64,000 bases of DNA, taken from positions 29,699 to 93,698 of the forward strand of contig LBVJ01000001.1 of NCBI GenBank assembly GCA_000993025.1, given 5' to 3'. How positions within the stretch are numbered: the first letter of the stretch is position 1; each line of letters begins with the position of its first letter. The translations under genes were made by a program, and so were the position numbers. Below, one piece after another: positions 1-10,156 of this stretch. The stretch is from Candidatus Woesebacteria bacterium GW2011_GWA1_38_8. GTDB lineage: Bacteria; Patescibacteriota; Microgenomatia; UBA8517. The notes under the pieces are model-generated. The model made no database searches, had not been told where the DNA came from, and worked only from the letters and a program-made list of their open reading frames with translations.

Positions 1-1
1 A

Positions 2-244
2 ATAGGGCTTATTACAGGAAGTATTGTAGCATTAATTGTTGTTGGTGGAATTTTTATAGTAGAGATAGCTTCCTCATTAATCCAGATAGCAGGTTGGAAA
101 ATATTGAAAAAACCGATCTTGCCGTTAGCTCCTCTTCATCACAGCTTTTTAACCTGGGGGTGGGAAGAACCAAAGATCGTATTCAGGGCATGGCTTGTAG
201 GAATAGTGCTTGCGATATTTGGTCTGTGGCTTTCGGTAATCTAG
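2..244 (+). CDS. mraY: Phospho-N-acetylmuramoyl-pentapeptide transferase MraY, C-terminal fragment (gene begins upstream of window)
   Basis: Open frame from the window edge ends ...PILPLAPLHHSFLTWGWEEPKIVFRAWLVGIVLAIFGLWLSVI*. This matches the conserved MraY C-terminus (APxHHHFE..GW.E..V..RFW). TAG stop at 242-244; ftsW and murG follow as in dcw clusters. Confidence 0.8.
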   Translation: MGLITGSIVALIVVGGIFIVEIASSLIQIAGWKILKKPILPLAPLHHSFLTWGWEEPKIVFRAWLVGIVLAIFGLWLSVI

Positions 245-274
245 TGATCTCTACCGTACGGTGTTTACTCTTGT

Positions 275-1372
275 ATGAAAATTAAACGCTTCACTAAAAG
301 TATATATTTTGATAAAAAATTAACTATCCCAATACTCATGCTGCTATTTGTCGGATTCATTGCAATTCTTGATGTTTCGGCTCCTAAAGCGATGGAAACA
401 TTTTCAGACAGATTCTATTTTGCGAAACAACAAGGATTGTGGATAGTTATTGGGTTAGTATTTTATATAATATTTTCTTATTTACCATATAAATTATGGG
501 AAAAATATGCTCTGCACTTGTTGATAGTATCATTTATACTCCTTGTACTTGTTTTGATACCGCATTTTGGCATTGAGACCCTTGGAGCAAGAAGGTGGAT
601 AGACCTCGGTTTTTCCAGCATACAACCTTCAGAATTTGCCAAACTTGCACTTTGTATTTATGTCGCAAGGATCGCTTCATCAGGAAAGGGTATCGCTGCC
701 TATCTTTTTCCTATCGTTGTTATGGTCCTACTTATTATGGCACAACCCGATTTGGGAACGGTGATCACACTGCTTTTTATATTTTTCATGCAATTATTTG
801 TTTCGGGAATAAGTGTCAAGAGCGTACTTTTATATGTTTTATTGGGAATCATATTGTCTTTGATTCTAATATTCTCTTCCGACTATAGGAGGGATAGAGT
901 AACGTCATTTATGGATCCATTCGCAAAATATTCAGATACAAACTATCATATCAAACAAGTGCTTTATTCACTTGCGAATGGCGGTGTTAGTGGTGTGGGT
1001 ATAGGCCAGTCAAGACAAAAATATTTATTTTTACCGGAAGCGACAACTGATTCGATCTTTGCAATAATTGCCGAAGAAACGGGATTTGTCGGAGTATTTT
1101 TAATACTTGTTCTGTATTTTACAATATCTGCAAGACTTCTTAAATTGGCATCAGGATTAAATGGTACCTATGAAAAAGTCCTATCAATAGGAATATTTTC
1201 GTGGTTTACAGGACAAACATTTATTAATTTGGGTTCAATATCCTCCACCATCCCTTTTACGGGTGTTCCTTTGCCTTTTATTTCCTACGGCGGATCATCT
1301 CTTCTTTCACTATTGATCGCATTCGGAATATTTAATTCATTGATTATATTTAATAAAGAAACATGGGCATAA
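275..1372 (+). CDS. ftsW: SEDS-family peptidoglycan glycosyltransferase FtsW (cell-division lipid II flippase/polymerase)
   Basis: 365 aa, about 10 predicted TM helices. SEDS motifs (RRWIDLGFSSIQPSEFAKLAL; PFISYGGSSLLS near the C-terminus). Position between mraY and murG. Confidence 0.8.
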   Translation: MKIKRFTKSIYFDKKLTIPILMLLFVGFIAILDVSAPKAMETFSDRFYFAKQQGLWIVIGLVFYIIFSYLPYKLWEKYALHLLIVSFILLVLVLIPHFGIETLGARRWIDLGFSSIQPSEFAKLALCIYVARIASSGKGIAAYLFPIVVMVLLIMAQPDLGTVITLLFIFFMQLFVSGISVKSVLLYVLLGIILSLILIFSSDYRRDRVTSFMDPFAKYSDTNYHIKQVLYSLANGGVSGVGIGQSRQKYLFLPEATTDSIFAIIAEETGFVGVFLILVLYFTISARLLKLASGLNGTYEKVLSIGIFSWFTGQTFINLGSISSTIPFTGVPLPFISYGGSSLLSLLIAFGIFNSLIIFNKETWA

Positions 1373-2520
1373 ATAATTTGTATTTTCGGAATGGACGCAA
1401 CGTTATTAAACCAATCGGAAACGAAATGGTCATTCTTTTAACAGGCGGACACGCCGGTTCGACCGCGTATTCATTGATCGAGAGAATAAAAAAATCCAAA
1501 CCTTTGTGGAGAGTTATTTTTGTAGGGGCAGGAAGTGCGTTTGAAGATAAGAAAGTTCCCACATTAGAGAGCGAATATTTTCCGAAGATCGGAGTTCAAT
1601 ACATACCGCTTACAAGCGGCAGGTTACAAAGAAAATATTCGATTTGGACGATTCCCTCGTTGATGAAAATACCTGTCGGTTTTTTTCAGGCATTTTATAT
1701 CTTGGTAAAAGTACACCCCAAGATCATTGTATCTTTTGGAGGTTTTACTGCTTTTCCTGTTGTAGTCATGGGAAAATTGTTAAATATACCTGTGATAATA
1801 CACGAACAGACTTGCGCTGCAGGAAGAGCTAATCATTTTTCTTCTTATTTTGCCAGTAAGATAGCACTAGCAAGAGAGGAGAGCAGGTCATATTTTAAAG
1901 GAAAAGATTGTGTAGTAATTGGAAATCCGATTTCGGAAGAGATAACTAAAACTAATAAAAAAAGTTCCGGAAAAAGACATTTCTCGATATTTATTACCGG
2001 AGGTTCGAGAGGATCTGTTGTAATTAATGAAAATATAAAACCTATATTAATTAAATTATTGCAAAAATATAGGATATATCATCAAACCGGAATGAGAAAC
2101 TATGAAGAGTTTCTAAATGTTAAGAAAAATATGGATGGAAAGTATAAAGACAAATACGAAGTATTCCCAACTACTGAGATGTGGAACTGGAGCCGTTATT
2201 TGGATCTTTCCGACATTATAGTATCCAGATCGGGTGCGAATATAGTATCAGAAATATTGTATCTTAATATTCCATCAATCTTGATACCGATCCCGTATTC
2301 CTTTCAAGATGAACAAAATAAAAATGCAAATTATGCAAAAAAGACGGGATTGGCGAAAGTTATAAAAGAAACCGAGCTCACACCCGATACGCTTTATAAA
2401 GAAATTCTTCTTGCTAGTAAGAATTGGAATACAATTGTTGAAAACGTAAAGCCTACTATGGTTGATGATGGGCGTGCTGCAGAAAAACTATTAAACCTGA
2501 TTCAAGAACAAATGAAATAG
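1363..2520 (+). CDS. murG: UDP-GlcNAc:lipid I N-acetylglucosaminyltransferase MurG
   Basis: N-terminal glycine-rich LLTGGHAGST motif; GT28/GT-B fold; conserved C-terminal region (IPSILIPIPY...NA). Follows ftsW. Likely true start is ATG 1426 (MVILLTGGH); the 1363 start overlaps the ftsW stop by 10 nt. Confidence 0.85.
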   Translation: MGINNLYFRNGRNVIKPIGNEMVILLTGGHAGSTAYSLIERIKKSKPLWRVIFVGAGSAFEDKKVPTLESEYFPKIGVQYIPLTSGRLQRKYSIWTIPSLMKIPVGFFQAFYILVKVHPKIIVSFGGFTAFPVVVMGKLLNIPVIIHEQTCAAGRANHFSSYFASKIALAREESRSYFKGKDCVVIGNPISEEITKTNKKSSGKRHFSIFITGGSRGSVVINENIKPILIKLLQKYRIYHQTGMRNYEEFLNVKKNMDGKYKDKYEVFPTTEMWNWSRYLDLSDIIVSRSGANIVSEILYLNIPSILIPIPYSFQDEQNKNANYAKKTGLAKVIKETELTPDTLYKEILLASKNWNTIVENVKPTMVDDGRAAEKLLNLIQEQMK

Positions 2521-2617
2521 GATTATGACCGTTAATCATATCAATGATCTCTCACATTTATTAATAAAAAATGAAGATATATAAATTACGGACAAGACTC
2601 AATGTAAATAATAAGGT

Positions 2618-3400
2618 ATGACCTTATCAAGAGAGAAGAAATATCGCATCCCGAGACGCTCGCGGGGAATTGGGCGGGTTTTACCCGGTCTTGGTTTTAA
2701 AATAAGCAGGTTGGGGATTTGGAAGATTTCGGGGATCTTTTTGGCGACTTTAATTATTTTTCTATTATTTAACTTAATTAAGATCAAAAGAGTAGGGTGT
2801 AAAAGTCAATTTACAAAGTGCAACTCAGCCATCATTAACGATCTGGCACATATTAATGATCAAAATATTATAAACACATATCGGGAAGTGAAAAATACCA
2901 TAGATGATAATATTTTGATAAATTCTTATTATATTCATTTTGATCTTAGGGGGGACCTAATTGTTTATGTAAATGAAAGGATTCCGGAACATTGTTTGAA
3001 CGGATCAAATGAAACTTATTACTTTGATGATGACTTTCTTGTATTAAAGATATCGGATGGGCAAGGTGAAAAATGTGTGAATAATCCAAATTCATCTTAT
3101 GAAGTGGGCGATCATCTGGAAAACAATGATAAATTTGCACACAGTTTATTTTCAAGAATTGCCAACATAACCCATATTGGGAGTTTCAAATACGAACACA
3201 ATTATCTGACGGTTGAATATTATGAAGGAATTAAGCTACTATTTCCTTTAGAAGGAAATTCTGAAGTATTGTCTGCAAGGGTCTATTATGTAGTGACACA
3301 GTTTGATAAAATAAAAAGAGGACTATTAGAAGATGGTATTTCTAAGGTTTCGGAAATTGATTTTAGGTATGATGGACCTGTTATGAGATATCAAGTCTGA
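2618..3400 (+). CDS. ftsQ: FtsQ/DivIB-like cell division protein (single N-terminal TM then POTRA-like extracytoplasmic domain)
   Basis: 260 aa; basic cytoplasmic N-terminus, one TM helix (ISGIFLATLIIFLLFNLIKI), then a beta-rich domain. Located between murG and ftsA, where ftsQ sits. Sequence itself is poorly conserved. Confidence 0.5.
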   Translation: MTLSREKKYRIPRRSRGIGRVLPGLGFKISRLGIWKISGIFLATLIIFLLFNLIKIKRVGCKSQFTKCNSAIINDLAHINDQNIINTYREVKNTIDDNILINSYYIHFDLRGDLIVYVNERIPEHCLNGSNETYYFDDDFLVLKISDGQGEKCVNNPNSSYEVGDHLENNDKFAHSLFSRIANITHIGSFKYEHNYLTVEYYEGIKLLFPLEGNSEVLSARVYYVVTQFDKIKRGLLEDGISKVSEIDFRYDGPVMRYQV

Positions 3401-3479
3401 GATATTCAAAATCTCATTATCTTCGGGATCTGGAATTGATAGCCGGTTTTAGAAGTTTTTTTGTAAAATATTTAGATAT

Positions 3480-4760
3480 ATGATGAAATCGAAAACAAGA
3501 ACAATTGCCGCTATAGATATAGGTTCGGAGAAAGTTACAACATTAATCGCAAATTTGCAAACAGAGCTTTCGGACATGTCGACAACAATTAATGTTACGG
3601 GTGTATCCGCAAGCGAATCCGGTGAGGGACGGGGTATAAAAAAGGGACAAATCGTAAATTTGGAGGAGGCAATCGAGGTTGTAATCGAATCTGTTGAATC
3701 TGCGGAAAGAATGGCGGGGTATAACATAACAAAAGCTTTTGTTTCGCTAGGTGGTGCTCATATTTCTTCTATAAATTCTCACGGTGTTGTTGCTATATCC
3801 AATCCGGAAGGGGAGATAACCCATGACGATGTCAATAGAGTTATAGAAGCAGCTTCGGCAGTAAATTTACCGGCAACGCGGGTTTTGGTGCATGTGCTTC
3901 CTCGTGAATATATTGTAGATGGTGAAAACGGCATTAAAGATCCGCTGCGGATGGAGGGGGTAAGACTGGAAGCCGAAGCGCATTTGATAACCGCATCTGC
4001 GTCGGCTGTAAAGAACATTGAAAAAGTACTGGATGAGGCCGGTATCAAAATTGAAGACTTTGTTTACTCCGGTATTGCCGCGTCCGATGCCGTACTTTCC
4101 AAAACTGAAAAAGAGTTGGGTTGCGTACTTTTAGATATCGGCGGAGGGACGACGTCGATCGCAGTTTATGAAGAAGGATCTATTAATTATTCCTATGTTT
4201 TACCAATTGGTTCCAGAAATGTAACAAAAGATCTGGCAACAGGTTTGAGAGTGTCTTTGGAATCGGCGGAAAAAATTAAATTATCCCTGCACACCAGCGA
4301 TAAAAGAGCAGGTATAGACAGTGATGATCAGATAGATCTTACAAAATACGGAATTGACGAAGATAAAAGAGTTTCACGAAAGACTGTCGTAGAGGGAATT
4401 ATCCGGCCGCGTCTGAATGAGATTTTTTCTATGGTAAAAGTCCAACTTGAAAAGGAAAAATTAATAAATAAAGTTCCTTCCGGTGTTATTATTACGGGCG
4501 GCGGAGCACAAGTTTTTGGCGTTGAGGAATCAGGAAAAAGGATGCTATCTTTACCTGTGCGCATCGGAAAACCAAGAGGTGTTCAGGGGTTGGTGGACGA
4601 GATAATGAATCCATCATTCTCGGTCCCGATTGGTCTTCTTATTAATGCTTCGAAAAAAGAATCTAAAGACCACTTGACAGGAACAACAAAAAGATTGAAA
4701 CTACCCACAATACGGTTTGGCGGTAAATTATCGAAGATATTTAAAGATCTTTTGCCGTAA
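3480..4760 (+). CDS. ftsA: Cell division protein FtsA (actin-like ATPase)
   Basis: 426 aa. N-terminal IAAIDIGSEKV phosphate-1 motif; DIGGGTT phosphate-2 motif; ITGGGAQ adenosine motif. Immediately upstream of ftsZ. Confidence 0.9.
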   Translation: MMKSKTRTIAAIDIGSEKVTTLIANLQTELSDMSTTINVTGVSASESGEGRGIKKGQIVNLEEAIEVVIESVESAERMAGYNITKAFVSLGGAHISSINSHGVVAISNPEGEITHDDVNRVIEAASAVNLPATRVLVHVLPREYIVDGENGIKDPLRMEGVRLEAEAHLITASASAVKNIEKVLDEAGIKIEDFVYSGIAASDAVLSKTEKELGCVLLDIGGGTTSIAVYEEGSINYSYVLPIGSRNVTKDLATGLRVSLESAEKIKLSLHTSDKRAGIDSDDQIDLTKYGIDEDKRVSRKTVVEGIIRPRLNEIFSMVKVQLEKEKLINKVPSGVIITGGGAQVFGVEESGKRMLSLPVRIGKPRGVQGLVDEIMNPSFSVPIGLLINASKKESKDHLTGTTKRLKLPTIRFGGKLSKIFKDLLP

Positions 4761-4874
4761 CAAGTTATAAAGTGATTAAGCGGTTTAGAGATTCAGTAAA
4801 TAAGTAATCATTAATATTGTCCTTCTGCCTTGTTTTTATCTTCTGCCTAATATACAATCTGCCTTGAGTAAAAT

Positions 4875-6023
4875 ATGGCATTGGTAAAACCCGATTCAGG
4901 TAGAATAGCGAAAATCAAAGTAATCGGCGTGGGCGGTGGGGGAGGAAATGCAGTTTCCTCGATGGTGGATGGTGGAAATATAAATGGGGTTGAATTTATC
5001 GTTGTAAATACGGATGCTCAAGTACTATTAGCTAATAAAGCTCCTACAAAACTTCAGATAGGTGAAAAGATAACGAAAGGTTTAGGTGTCGGTGGTGATC
5101 CGTCAATTGGAACACAAGCGGCGGAAGAATCTCAGGAAAAATTGAATGAGCTGATGTTAGATTCTGATATGGTATTTATCACGGCAGGTATGGGTGGAGG
5201 AACGGGAACGGGAGCCGCCCCTGTTATTGCCAAGATGTCAAAAGAAAGCGGGGCTTTAACCGTAGCTGTTGTGACAAGACCATTCCATTTTGAGGGTACA
5301 AGAAGGTCGGTTGTTGCCGATGACGGTATAGAAAAACTCAGAAAAGAAGTCGATACATTGATTGTAATTCCGAACCAGAGACTTATGGATGTCATTGATA
5401 GAAAAATGACATTGGTCGAGGCATTTAAGGTAGTTGATTCGGTTTTAGCTCAAGCTGTAGGTGGAATATCGGAAATAATTACGACCCCCGGACTTGTAAA
5501 TGTTGATTTTGCGGATGTAAAAACTATTATGAAAGACGCCGGATCGGCTCTTTTGGGGATCGGAACAGGTGTTGGTGAAAACAGGGCACAAATGGCCGCT
5601 CGGGCAGCGGTCGCATCACCGCTTCTTGACCTGTCTATAGAGGGTGCTACAGGAGTACTTTTTAACATAACGGGCGGGCCTGACCTTACAATGTTTGAGG
5701 TGGATGAAGCTGCCAGAATCATTTCATCTGCCGCTGAACCTGATGCAAATATAATATTTGGTTCCGTTATTAAAAATGATATGACAGATCAGGTAAGAAT
5801 TACTGTAGTTGCAACCGGTTTCGATGAAGCAAAGTCTAAACTTGCAAAGATGAGTCAAAAAGTCGAGCCGCAAATACAGGGGGTTGTTGGTGAGAAGAGC
5901 ATTGAGCAGGAACAAAAAGTGTATGAAAATGCTGAGAGCGAACAGGATTTTGAAGAAGAAGATGACGAATTCGGAAAAAAATTTGAAATACCGGCTTTCC
6001 TTCGTAAAATGAAACACCAGTAA
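4875..6023 (+). CDS. ftsZ: Cell division GTPase FtsZ
   Basis: Tubulin signature GVGGGGGNAV; NTDAQVL; GMGGGTGTGAAPVIA T7-loop region; acidic C-terminal tail. Confidence 0.95.
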   Translation: MALVKPDSGRIAKIKVIGVGGGGGNAVSSMVDGGNINGVEFIVVNTDAQVLLANKAPTKLQIGEKITKGLGVGGDPSIGTQAAEESQEKLNELMLDSDMVFITAGMGGGTGTGAAPVIAKMSKESGALTVAVVTRPFHFEGTRRSVVADDGIEKLRKEVDTLIVIPNQRLMDVIDRKMTLVEAFKVVDSVLAQAVGGISEIITTPGLVNVDFADVKTIMKDAGSALLGIGTGVGENRAQMAARAAVASPLLDLSIEGATGVLFNITGGPDLTMFEVDEAARIISSAAEPDANIIFGSVIKNDMTDQVRITVVATGFDEAKSKLAKMSQKVEPQIQGVVGEKSIEQEQKVYENAESEQDFEEEDDEFGKKFEIPAFLRKMKHQ

Positions 6024-6128
6024 GACATAAGTGATTAAGCGACTAAGCGAATAAGTAAGCAAGCAACAAATTAACCATTTAATCTCCCCTTCTTCAAATA
6101 CTTTAGGTAATATTGTAAAATTCTTAAC

Positions 6129-9065
6129 ATGGACAATAAAAAACCCTTTTATGACCCCGTTGATTCGAAAGTGAATTTTGTAGAACAGGAAAAACAACTT
6201 TTAAAGAACTGGTATGAAAAAGGGGTTGTAAAAAAGTATCTGGAAAAAAATAGTACTTCAGAAAAATACTTCTCATTTTTAGACGGGCCAATTACAGCAA
6301 ACAATCCGATGGGAGTTCACCATGCATGGGGAAGAACGTATAAAGACATCTGGCAGAGATATAAAAATATGAGGGGGTTTAAACAGAGATTTCAAAACGG
6401 TTTTGACTGTCAGGGATTATGGGTTGAAGTGGAGGTAGAAAAAGAACTTGGTTTTACGAATAAAAAAGATATCGATAAATATGGAGTTGCCGAATTTATT
6501 CAAAAATGCAAAGACCGTGTAAACAAGTATTCATCCATTCAAACCGATCAAAGTAAGAGGCTCGGGAACTTTATGGATTGGGATAACTCTTATTTCACGA
6601 TGAGTGATGAAAATAATTATATGATCTGGCATTTTTTAAAGGTCTGCTACGAAAAAAAGTTAATCTATAAAGGGAACGACGTTGTTCCTTGGTGTTACCG
6701 CTGTGAAACTGCGATATCTGAGCACGAAATTTTGACCGAAGATTATAAAGATGTTGAACATGCATCGATATATTTTTGTCTTCCTCTGAAAGACCGCGAT
6801 AATGAATATCTGCTTGTTTGGACAACTACTCCATGGACGATCCCTGCCAATATCGCTGTATCCGTTGATGGAAAAGGCGACTATTCACTAATTGAATTTG
6901 ACGGAAAGAAATATTGGATAATGGAAGCTTTAAAAACTGCAGTGTTTAAAGAGGGGGGAACTGTTATTAGAACGGTTAAAGGTAGCGAACTTGTCGGGCT
7001 TAAGTACACATCTGCTTTTGATGAACTTCCTTCAAATCAAGCATTTATGAATGATAAATTATTTCATACGGTTGTCTCCACAGATGCGATGATTATGCCG
7101 ATATCGGCAGAAGAAGGAACGGGGTTGGTGCACACTTCAACAGGAACCGGAGGAGAAGATCACAAACTCGGTAAGAAATTAGGACTTCCTGTTATGCCGG
7201 CAATCACTGACAGCGCGGATTACCTTGATGATTTTGGATCATTTGCAGGACAGAATGCAAAAAAGCATCCCGAATTGATAATTGATCACTTAAAAAGTCA
7301 TAACGGTGGAGATTTTCTATTTAAACTTCATCCGTACAAACACCGCTATCCCGCGTGCTGGAGATGTAAGAGCGAACTTGTCTGGAAACTTACCGATGAA
7401 TGGTATATCGCGATTGATCCTGTGAGAGAAGACATGAAAAATTTAGCAAAAAAAATAAAATGGATACCATCTTTTGGATTAAAAAGAGAGTTGGACTGGC
7501 TTTCGAATATGCATGATTGGCTTATCTCCAAAAAAAATCGGTATTGGGGTTTGGCTCTTCCTATTTGGGAATGCGATTGCGGACATTTTGAAGTAATAGG
7601 GGGATATGATGAATTGAAGAAAAAAGGGATCGAAGGATGGGAAATATTTGAAGGACATACTCCGCACAAACCTTATATAGATAAGGTTAAGATAAAATGC
7701 GAAAAATGTGGAGAATTGATGTCCAGGGTTTCTGATGTTGGAAACCCATGGCTCGATGCGGGGATAGTTCCATTTTCGACGGTTTCTAAAGATAACAGAT
7801 CAGATCCATTATACACCAGCAACAAAGAAGAATTTAAGAAATGGTTCCCTACCGATTTTATTACCGAAAGTTTTCCCGGACAATTTAAAAATTGGTTCTA
7901 CTCGGTACTTGCAATGAGTGCGATCCTTGAAAATGAGATTCCTTATAAAACAGTACTGGGATTCGGAACAGCCCTTGCTGAAGACGGAAGGCCTATGCAT
8001 AAGAGTTGGGGGAACTCAATAGAATTTAATGAAGCCTCAGAAAAAATTGGCGTTGATGTGATGAGGTGGATCTATTGCAAGCAAAATCCTGCTGATAATT
8101 TGCTTTTCGGATACAAAACTGCCGATGAAACCAGAAGGAGTTTTCATCTGATGCTTTGGAATATTTATAACTTTTTTGTGACTTACGCAAATCTTGACGC
8201 CTGGAAGTTCGATGATAAGAAAAGGGTGAATTTTGAAAATCTACTTGATGCTTGGATACTCGCGCGCTTAATTGAGGCTGTAGACGTTGTTACAAGCAGT
8301 CTTGAAAAATATGACGCAAAGACAGCGGTTGAAGGAATCGAATTTTTCGTTTCCGATATATCCTTATGGTATATCAGAAGATCCAGAGAGCGGGTAGGAG
8401 TCAGTGCTGAAAATGGCGCTGATAAAGACAATTTTTATGCTGTTTCACGGTTAATATTGGTAAATTTATGTAGAATTATGGCTCCGTTTACGCCGTTTTT
8501 GGCAGACGCTATATTTACAAATCTTACTAAATTACCGTCAGTTCATTTGACCGATTGGGTTGACGATGGTGAATTAAAAAGCTGGAAAGAAGATTTAGGC
8601 GGAGATGGGGCTATTGGAATATTGGTTAGGGAAATGGATCATATAAGACAGGTCGTTGAAATGGGGCATTCCTTAAGAAAAGATAAAAACATACCCGTAA
8701 GACAGCCACTTTCCGAAATCATAGTATATTCAGATCAAGATGTTAACTCAAGATTATACGATCTTATCTCCGCTGAGTTGAATGTTAAAAAAGTTTTATG
8801 GATCAAATCAAAGGAATTCAAAGTTGGGTTGAATACGATTATCTCTCCCGAACTTGAGGAAGAAGCGAGGACGAGAGAACTTATCAGAAAGATCCAAAAC
8901 GAAAGAAAGCAAAGCGGTGTTGATCTATCAGACATGATCAATGTAAAAAGCGAATGGCTGCCGGAAAATAAAGAACTTCTAAATCTTATAAAAAGAAAGA
9001 CACTTGCTGATAATATTCAAATATCCGGTTCGTTCGGAATAGAAAAAATTAAATTGAAAAAGTGA
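6129..9065 (+). CDS. ileS: Isoleucyl-tRNA synthetase (class I aaRS with CP1 editing domain)
   Basis: 978 aa. HIGH-region variant (PMGVHHAWGRT); editing-domain motif WTTTPWTIPAN; zinc knuckles (WCYRCETAI, CEKCGE); KMSKS-like HKSWGNS. Ile/Val/Leu family; the long N-terminal region and C-terminal layout favour IleRS. Confidence 0.8.
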   Translation: MDNKKPFYDPVDSKVNFVEQEKQLLKNWYEKGVVKKYLEKNSTSEKYFSFLDGPITANNPMGVHHAWGRTYKDIWQRYKNMRGFKQRFQNGFDCQGLWVEVEVEKELGFTNKKDIDKYGVAEFIQKCKDRVNKYSSIQTDQSKRLGNFMDWDNSYFTMSDENNYMIWHFLKVCYEKKLIYKGNDVVPWCYRCETAISEHEILTEDYKDVEHASIYFCLPLKDRDNEYLLVWTTTPWTIPANIAVSVDGKGDYSLIEFDGKKYWIMEALKTAVFKEGGTVIRTVKGSELVGLKYTSAFDELPSNQAFMNDKLFHTVVSTDAMIMPISAEEGTGLVHTSTGTGGEDHKLGKKLGLPVMPAITDSADYLDDFGSFAGQNAKKHPELIIDHLKSHNGGDFLFKLHPYKHRYPACWRCKSELVWKLTDEWYIAIDPVREDMKNLAKKIKWIPSFGLKRELDWLSNMHDWLISKKNRYWGLALPIWECDCGHFEVIGGYDELKKKGIEGWEIFEGHTPHKPYIDKVKIKCEKCGELMSRVSDVGNPWLDAGIVPFSTVSKDNRSDPLYTSNKEEFKKWFPTDFITESFPGQFKNWFYSVLAMSAILENEIPYKTVLGFGTALAEDGRPMHKSWGNSIEFNEASEKIGVDVMRWIYCKQNPADNLLFGYKTADETRRSFHLMLWNIYNFFVTYANLDAWKFDDKKRVNFENLLDAWILARLIEAVDVVTSSLEKYDAKTAVEGIEFFVSDISLWYIRRSRERVGVSAENGADKDNFYAVSRLILVNLCRIMAPFTPFLADAIFTNLTKLPSVHLTDWVDDGELKSWKEDLGGDGAIGILVREMDHIRQVVEMGHSLRKDKNIPVRQPLSEIIVYSDQDVNSRLYDLISAELNVKKVLWIKSKEFKVGLNTIISPELEEEARTRELIRKIQNERKQSGVDLSDMINVKSEWLPENKELLNLIKRKTLADNIQISGSFGIEKIKLKK

Positions 9066-10114
9066 AACTATTATTTGAACCTCTGGTTAAAGAACCTGTT
9101 ATAACTATTTGTACATTTTTGCTACTGCTTGTAAGTCTTTTTATACTAAATTCACTTTCACCGGATATATTTCCTCAATATTATCTATATGTAATTTTAT
9201 CGATTCTTTTCTTTTACATAATATATTATATAGGGTTTGATGTAGTTGTATTTTTCTCTCCCTATTTATATATAATTTCGTTGCTCCTGCTTATTTTGAC
9301 GTTGATATTAGGTGAAGTTACCCGTGGAACTATACGCTGGATACCTATTGGGGGATTGTCATTCCAGCCTTCTGAAGTAGTAAGGCCCTTTTTACTTCTA
9401 TTTTTTGCCAAAATGCTGATTGTATTTCGCGGTAAATTTAAAGATATAGGATTTATGATCATATTGGGATTAATACCTGTAATTTTAATAGCTATTCAAC
9501 CTTCGTTTGGTGTTTCACTAATAACTTTTTTAGGGTTTTTTGCGATGTTTTTTACAAAAGTATTTAAATTAAAATATTTGCTTCTTTTTGCAATGCTTTT
9601 TGGAATGATAATGCCTACAACCTGGTACTACCTCAAGCCATATCAGAAAGAAAGAATTATGAGCTTTGTCGAATATAATAATGATCCGAAGGGTTCAGGT
9701 TATAACACAATTCAATCGATCATATCTGTAGGTTCCGGCGGGATATTTGGAAGAGGCTTTAAGAAAGGTTTTCAAACCCAGCTGAAATATTTACCTGAAA
9801 AACATACGGATTTTATTTTTGCAGGTATATCGGAGGAGCTGGGGTTTTTGGGATCCGTTGCGGTTCTGGTATTCCTGTTTACTCTATTTTACCGAATAGC
9901 AACAATCGTTTCAGAAACACAAAATGAAATTTATTTGTACTTTGGTATAGGCACTATATCCATATTATTATTTGAGTCACTTATCAATATCGGAATGAAT
10001 TTGGGGTTGCTGCCGATCACCGGACTTCCCCTGCCGCTTGTATCTGCCGGAGGATCTTCTTTAATGTCTACATTTTTGAGTCTGGGGTTAATTGTAAGCG
10101 GCAGCAAAAAGTAA
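9062..10114 (+). CDS. rodA: Second SEDS-family protein (RodA/FtsW-like)
   Basis: 350 aa polytopic. Motifs RWIPIGGLSFQPSEVVRPF and AGGSSLMSTFLSLGLIVS parallel those of ftsW at 275. GTG start overlaps the ileS stop (GTGA). Confidence 0.75.
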   Translation: MKLLFEPLVKEPVITICTFLLLLVSLFILNSLSPDIFPQYYLYVILSILFFYIIYYIGFDVVVFFSPYLYIISLLLLILTLILGEVTRGTIRWIPIGGLSFQPSEVVRPFLLLFFAKMLIVFRGKFKDIGFMIILGLIPVILIAIQPSFGVSLITFLGFFAMFFTKVFKLKYLLLFAMLFGMIMPTTWYYLKPYQKERIMSFVEYNNDPKGSGYNTIQSIISVGSGGIFGRGFKKGFQTQLKYLPEKHTDFIFAGISEELGFLGSVAVLVFLFTLFYRIATIVSETQNEIYLYFGIGTISILLFESLINIGMNLGLLPITGLPLPLVSAGGSSLMSTFLSLGLIVSGSKK

Positions 10115-10156
10115 GCACTTGAGTTAATCACGGTTTACGGTTAAAATAGCAATGTT

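Noticed and set aside
4771-6042. 13-mer AAGTGATTAAGCG found shortly after both the ftsA and ftsZ stop codons (and a similar GTGATTAAGTGA at the end of polX)
   Set aside because: In a 64-kb A/T-rich window, tens of 13-mer pairs are expected by chance. The polX occurrence is simply the coding sequence VIK*. Not treated as a regulatory element.
5724-6197. 157-aa minus-strand ORF spanning the ftsZ 3' end and ileS 5' end (similar antisense ORFs at 595-888, 3449-3727, 5132-5395, 13377-13733, 25476-25742 and others)
   Set aside because: They lie antisense within strongly supported conserved genes, have low-complexity or hydrophobic composition typical of shadow ORFs in AT-rich DNA, and show no family signatures.
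10115-10156. Looked for a Prp (ribosomal-processing cysteine protease) ORF between rplU and rpmA and for a T-box/leader upstream of ileS
   Set aside because: Gaps are only 65 nt and 105 nt respectively. bL27 lacks the cleavable N-terminal extension. No structured leader of adequate length.
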